The position numbers and the translations under genes are program-made. From contig JBHLNF010000005.1 in the NCBI GenBank assembly GCA_048937405.1, forward strand, positions 192,001 to 256,000: a stretch of 64,000 nt of DNA, written 5' to 3'. The stretch is from Promethearchaeota archaeon. Lineage in GTDB: Archaea; Asgardarchaeota; Lokiarchaeia; Sigyniarchaeales; SOKP01. Position 1 is the stretch's first letter. Each line of letters opens with the position of its first letter. Below are positions 59,776 to 64,000 of this stretch, in pieces. The notes beneath the pieces were generated by a model. It was given only the letters and a program-made list of their open reading frames with translations, did no database searches and had not been told where the DNA came from.

Positions 59776-60324
59776 TTATTCAAAAAGTTCAATAATTGCT
59801 TGCCCAGGGGTAGCGATTCGTTCTCGATAAGTAAGTATCCCATTTTCAACTTCTTTTTCATGTATGAGTCCTAATGTTATATCTTTCTCAGATACATATC
59901 CCCGCTCTCCAGCTTCAAATAACTTGATGATATTTCCTTGTTTGTCTTTGATATCAATTTTAGTTATCGTAGTCTGACTCACGTCAAAATATACTCGATT
60001 ACCCTCTATCTTGTTCAACTTTGCTTCAGTAATAAGTAAATCTCTACACCTCACCATACCTCTCATTTGTACTTCAATTTCTATAATGGTTCCATATTTC
60101 CCATGTTCGAGAAAATCTTCGAATAGTTTTGTAATAAAACCAAAACTTAACAATCCATGAGCAATAACGCCTTTAAGCCCTGCTCTTTCGGCTATAACAT
60201 CATTAGTATGAATAGGGTTTGTATCTCCTGATGCTTTTGCATATTGTTTTAGTAAATCTCTTGTAATATCCTTAAATTCATTTTTTAATACTTGTCCAAC
60301 TTTTAAATCAGAAACTTTAACCAT
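59776..60324 (-). CDS. MaoC family (R)-hydratase/dehydratase, catalytic subunit
   Basis: YAKASGDTNPIH and IAHGLLS motifs; ATG at 60324 after SD-like GGAGGG. Confidence 0.85.
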   Translation of the reverse strand: MVKVSDLKVGQVLKNEFKDITRDLLKQYAKASGDTNPIHTNDVIAERAGLKGVIAHGLLSFGFITKLFEDFLEHGKYGTIIEIEVQMRGMVRCRDLLITEAKLNKIEGNRVYFDVSQTTITKIDIKDKQGNIIKLFEAGERGYVSEKDITLGLIHEKEVENGILTYRERIATPGQAIIELFE

Positions 60325-60325
60325 T

Positions 60326-60850
60326 TTAATACCCTCCTTTGCGAAATCCAGCAGAGATAGTAATATTACAAACAGGTTCATTATTTTGATTTTTTACATG
60401 AATTAAAAAGTCAGCAAATAACATCATATTTTTTTCAACTAATTTTATATCAACACACCTACCTGAGACTTTTAGTTTATCCCCAGGTTTCACATCAACA
60501 CAACCTTCCCAATTATATCTATTACCTGCATGTAGGAGTTTACCCGGATCAAGCATAATACCCCGTTCTTTTCCATCTTGATTCAATTTTATTCCTAAAA
60601 GCAATTTATATATAGCTTTAATAGTATAATAATTTGCAAACGCATGACATGCAATTACACCTTGTTCCTCTGTACCGACGTATTTGGGATTAGTTATACC
60701 ATATATTTTAGCAAAATTAACCATATTTCTATATCTAATATTTACTGTTGTAGATCCAGGAATATCCTTTCCTTTCATATTGTCAATTAAAAATTCAGCA
60801 TTCTTTTTCATTTCTTTAATATCCAAATTGACATCACTCTTTTTGCTCAA
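60326..60850 (-). CDS. MaoC/FAS1-like hotdog-fold partner subunit
   Basis: FAKIYG..NPKY, LLHAG and VKPGD motifs; adjacent to MaoC. Confidence 0.75.
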   Translation of the reverse strand: MSKKSDVNLDIKEMKKNAEFLIDNMKGKDIPGSTTVNIRYRNMVNFAKIYGITNPKYVGTEEQGVIACHAFANYYTIKAIYKLLLGIKLNQDGKERGIMLDPGKLLHAGNRYNWEGCVDVKPGDKLKVSGRCVDIKLVEKNMMLFADFLIHVKNQNNEPVCNITISAGFRKGGY

Positions 60851-60964
60851 AATTAAAAATTATAACAAATAAAAATTCAATTCATTTTACTTAAAGTTTT
60901 AATTTAAATTATAACTTTTGAGAAGAACTTCATTAAAATCAGCTAATTATCCTATAAAAATTCA

Positions 60965-61687
60965 TTAATTTATTTTTGTATATAATTTTTCTTCATTACT
61001 GGTAGATTTGAAGTAATTCAAGATTCTTTCTTTTTCTTTAGATCCATTTAAAAAAATACAAGAGATTTTATATTGTTCTATAAGAGTTAATGCATAAGCA
61101 TCTATAGGACGAGTTCTTTCTTTTAATTCATCAGCATTGGATTTAACTTTTAAAAATTTTCCTAATTCCTTCATCTCTTTAAATTTTGATACAGAAATTT
61201 CTTTTATTATTTCATTCTTATCATTTAAAATACCTTCAACATCTTTAATTAAATAACATTCACTCAACTCTAGTTCTTTTGCTAGATGTATAGCTATAGA
61301 ATCCGAAGTTACATCCCAACTATGTGGGAGGTTATCATGTTCTTTAAAATACTCATAGGGTAAGAAAATCGAGATTGTATTGCTTATTTTCTTTAATTTA
61401 CTAAAATTTTCAATTACTTCTATATCAGGAAAGTTTCTACTCAATTCTAATCCATTATAATTCATAGAGATAATTCCCATAAAATGCGCAATTTCTTCAG
61501 TAAATTTTAATTCAGTGTATACTTTTCTAATAAAATTTGCAAATGTCCCCCCACCTGGAATTATAATTATTTTTTGAATTATTTTCTCTTCAAATAGCGA
61601 TTTCAACTGGGATATTGTAGATTTTAAATTTTCAAATTCTCCTAAAATTTTACCTCCAATTTTAAATAACGCTGTTGTATAATTCAT
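60965..61687 (-). CDS. Amino-acid-kinase family protein, MfnE-like (methanofuran pathway)
   Basis: KIGG, PGGGTFAN..R, AHFMGI, LPHSWDVTSDSIA and KDVEG motifs. Confidence 0.8.
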   Translation of the reverse strand: MNYTTALFKIGGKILGEFENLKSTISQLKSLFEEKIIQKIIIIPGGGTFANFIRKVYTELKFTEEIAHFMGIISMNYNGLELSRNFPDIEVIENFSKLKKISNTISIFLPYEYFKEHDNLPHSWDVTSDSIAIHLAKELELSECYLIKDVEGILNDKNEIIKEISVSKFKEMKELGKFLKVKSNADELKERTRPIDAYALTLIEQYKISCIFLNGSKEKERILNYFKSTSNEEKLYTKIN

Positions 61688-61702
61688 TTTCCTATAAATA
61701 TA

Positions 61703-62776
61703 CTATAATTGATAGAAGAATGCCCCTGCTACTGCAAAAGCAGATGAATTGATAGAATTTGGTATATGAGTAATTTCTTCGTAAGTAACTATATCATCAA
61801 AGCCTAATTTTTTTAAAGATTTTCTGATTAAGAAATCTGCTGATAAACCAGTTATTACATATTTTGGGTTAATTTCAAATTCAATAAATCTATTTTTAAG
61901 ATTTTGCATGAATAATCCTATTTCTCTTATAATAATATCTAATTGCTTCTTATAAATGTATTTTGCAATTCTCTTTAAATCTTCTTTTGAAATTGTTTCA
62001 AGATCCATGCATATTACTCTAGAAAGCCGAGCATAACAATTTTCTAATGATTTTGAACGATTATCAGCAGTATCATTAATATATTCTTCTTCTGAAATAT
62101 TTTTTAAAATTCTATGAATATCTGAGATTAAAGCAAACTTCTCAAATGATATACGAATATTTTTATCTTTATAAGGGACATGATGAGTAATAGAGGGAAT
62201 TGTAGCTCTCAAACCTCCTGTGTAAATTAACTCATGATTTTCTAAACGAGAAATATCATCTCTTCCTTTTGGTATGGGTAAAGAATTAATAATTGGTATT
62301 ATATCAATTGTTGTCGATCCTGCATCAATTAAAATACACTTAGGAATGAATTGACCTAAGAATAAAGCTGTAGAAGCCCAATTGGCTGCTGAAATTAAGG
62401 AATACTCCGCTTTAGCTATATCAAAATTAACAAATGTACTCTTGTTGGTGATAAATTTTAATTTATTTCTATCAAAGATTTGATCAAGGGCATTTAAAAT
62501 AGTTAGAATCCCTTCTCTTTTGGTTTGAAAAGCATCAGAGAGTTCAGCAGTAATAGCTACAGCGATGTAATTAATACTTTCAAGTTTAACATTATTCTTA
62601 ATGACTAAATTTTCAGTGACTCTTTTAAATAATTTTGGAATTTCAATTATTGTTTTTTCCCAGAATGGAAAATATTCTATATATGAATAAGATTCAATAA
62701 TTTCTTTATTTTTTATTTTAAGAAAAGCTGCTTTTGTATTAGCTCCACCAATATCTAATCCAAGTATGAGAATTAT
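61703..62776 (-). CDS. MfnF-like hydantoinase/oxoprolinase family protein (H4MPT/methanofuran-linked); ATA or ATT start
   Basis: Frame open for 188 codons above the tracked start, including LGLDIGGANTK, YFPFW, TAELSDAF..KREG, SAANW, IDAGSTTIDIIP and ELIYTG. Confidence 0.85.
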   Translation of the reverse strand: MILILGLDIGGANTKAAFLKIKNKEIIESYSYIEYFPFWEKTIIEIPKLFKRVTENLVIKNNVKLESINYIAVAITAELSDAFQTKREGILTILNALDQIFDRNKLKFITNKSTFVNFDIAKAEYSLISAANWASTALFLGQFIPKCILIDAGSTTIDIIPIINSLPIPKGRDDISRLENHELIYTGGLRATIPSITHHVPYKDKNIRISFEKFALISDIHRILKNISEEEYINDTADNRSKSLENCYARLSRVICMDLETISKEDLKRIAKYIYKKQLDIIIREIGLFMQNLKNRFIEFEINPKYVITGLSADFLIRKSLKKLGFDDIVTYEEITHIPNSINSSAFAVAGAFFYQL

Positions 62777-63813
62777 TCATCACTTTCATATCGTAATTTT
62801 AAAGCATTGATTAGCTTATCTAAGTTCTCTCCTGTAAGAGCATTAGTTAAATAAAATTCATTGTCTTTTAGATTTAGTTTATCTCTTAAAAATTGAATTT
62901 CTGAATCCTTGGCTAAATCTATTTTATTAAAGATAATAATAATCTTTATCTGTCCCTCTTTAGAAAAATTACGTTTTATTTCATTAAATAATTCAATTTG
63001 AGACTCAACATTATATCCAGAGGCAGGTGTAGGATCAAATATAAAGAGAATTATATCAGATATTAATCTTAGAGCTAAAATTGCTTGTAATTCTATATTA
63101 TTCCTCTTCATCATAGGTCGGTCTAATATGCCTGGGGTATCTAGACACTGAATATTAATTGAATCGAATTTTCTTTTAATTTCCAAATGTCCCATATTCA
63201 ACTTTTTAGTTGTAAATGGGTATTCTTTAACTTCAATCCTTTTATTTGTGGAGATTTTTTTGACAATACTACTCTTTCCAACATTGGGATAACCTGCAAC
63301 AACTATGCATGGCATTGTATAATCGATTGAAGGTATTTCTCTCAATCTACCTCTAATATCATTAAGATATTCAAGATTATTTTTCTGCTTATTTATTATT
63401 GAAGAGATTCTCCCAAAAGCAGCTCTGCGCAACCGGTCCCCTTCTTTTGGAGCTTCTATCTTCTTTAATTTGGAAAGATATTCTCTTTCAATTTGATTGA
63501 GAATAGGCAAAATTCCATTTAATTTACCCAATGTTAATTTCAAATTATCAATATTTACGAGTATAGATGCTAGTTCTTTGTAAAAGTCTGGAAGATCATT
63601 AATAATGGGAACCATTTTTATAATTTTTATAATTCTATTTATGATTTCTTCAATAGCAACAATAATACGCTTGGATTCTTTTTTTTTAGCCTTAATTAGG
63701 ATTGGAGCGTTTTTTGAAACTTGAGCTGAACTTCTCATGCTTCTTTTAAATGCAATGTCTAATAATTCACTTGAACTTGGTACATGATAGAATTTATCAA
63801 AAGGGTTTTTCAT
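62773..63813 (-). CDS. NOG1 family nucleolar GTP-binding protein
   Basis: AGYPNVGKSS, YPFTTK, DTPGILDRP..RNNIELQA and NKID motifs. Confidence 0.92.
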   Translation of the reverse strand: MKNPFDKFYHVPSSSELLDIAFKRSMRSSAQVSKNAPILIKAKKKESKRIIVAIEEIINRIIKIIKMVPIINDLPDFYKELASILVNIDNLKLTLGKLNGILPILNQIEREYLSKLKKIEAPKEGDRLRRAAFGRISSIINKQKNNLEYLNDIRGRLREIPSIDYTMPCIVVAGYPNVGKSSIVKKISTNKRIEVKEYPFTTKKLNMGHLEIKRKFDSINIQCLDTPGILDRPMMKRNNIELQAILALRLISDIILFIFDPTPASGYNVESQIELFNEIKRNFSKEGQIKIIIIFNKIDLAKDSEIQFLRDKLNLKDNEFYLTNALTGENLDKLINALKLRYESDE

Positions 63814-63861
63814 TAAAAATCATATAAAATGTTTGTTTTAGGATAAAGAGATAATAATTAT

Positions 63862-64000
63862 TTATATTTTTTGGCGAATTTCGATAAGTTTTCTCTCAGT
63901 TTCATCTATTTCTTTAGAGAAGTTCATTATATCTTTCGGGATTGATTTATACAATTCTAAAAGATATTCATATCTTCCTATTAATCGAGGATATTTCCTT
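63862..64000 (-). CDS. C-terminal fragment of a gene running off the window end
   Basis: Open frame ..KYPRLIGRYEYLLELYKSIPKD..RQKI*. Confidence 0.5.
   Translation of the reverse strand, partial: RKYPRLIGRYEYLLELYKSIPKDIMNFSKEIDETERKLIEIRQKI

Noticed and set aside
60325-60381. N-terminal hydrophobic extension of the MaoC ORF (MNLFVILLSLL...)
   Set aside because: It overlaps the upstream gene; the ATG at 60324 with an SD-like GGAGGG is the more plausible start
63876-63889. Exact 14-mer GAATTTCGATAAGT also found at 56551-56564
   Set aside because: This copy lies inside coding sequence, and one 14-mer match is plausible by chance in AT-rich DNA

Overview
AT-rich, gene-dense archaeal DNA that looks like an Asgard archaeon (Lokiarchaeia/Promethearchaeota). 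The evidence is a Rab-like and a longin-fused Arf-like small GTPase, ubiquitin-type E1 and E2 enzymes, eS30, BHB-intron tRNAs, a Sec-containing SelD with a eukaryote-type SECIS, and methanofuran genes. The window opens in a phosphonate (2-hydroxyethylphosphonate-type) biosynthesis cluster linked to glycan genes, followed by mostly housekeeping and eukaryotic-signature genes. Features the ORF track misses or truncates are: (i) a three-intron tRNA-Tyr whose introns appear to need ordered splicing, and a two-intron tRNA-Trp; (ii) the UGA-recoded N-terminus of SelD and its SECIS; (iii) at least five genes that seem to start at ATT/ATA; (iv) a ~145-nt fold-back element that buries the start codon of a 20-aa ORF. 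Unusual proteins include a 2120-aa protein with 18 MIT/TPR-like repeats next to the E1, an adaptin-like HEAT-PCI-ear protein and a cytoplasmic IFT52-like protein. I found no CRISPR array, rRNA or transposase. All family calls come from reading motifs by eye, not from database searches.
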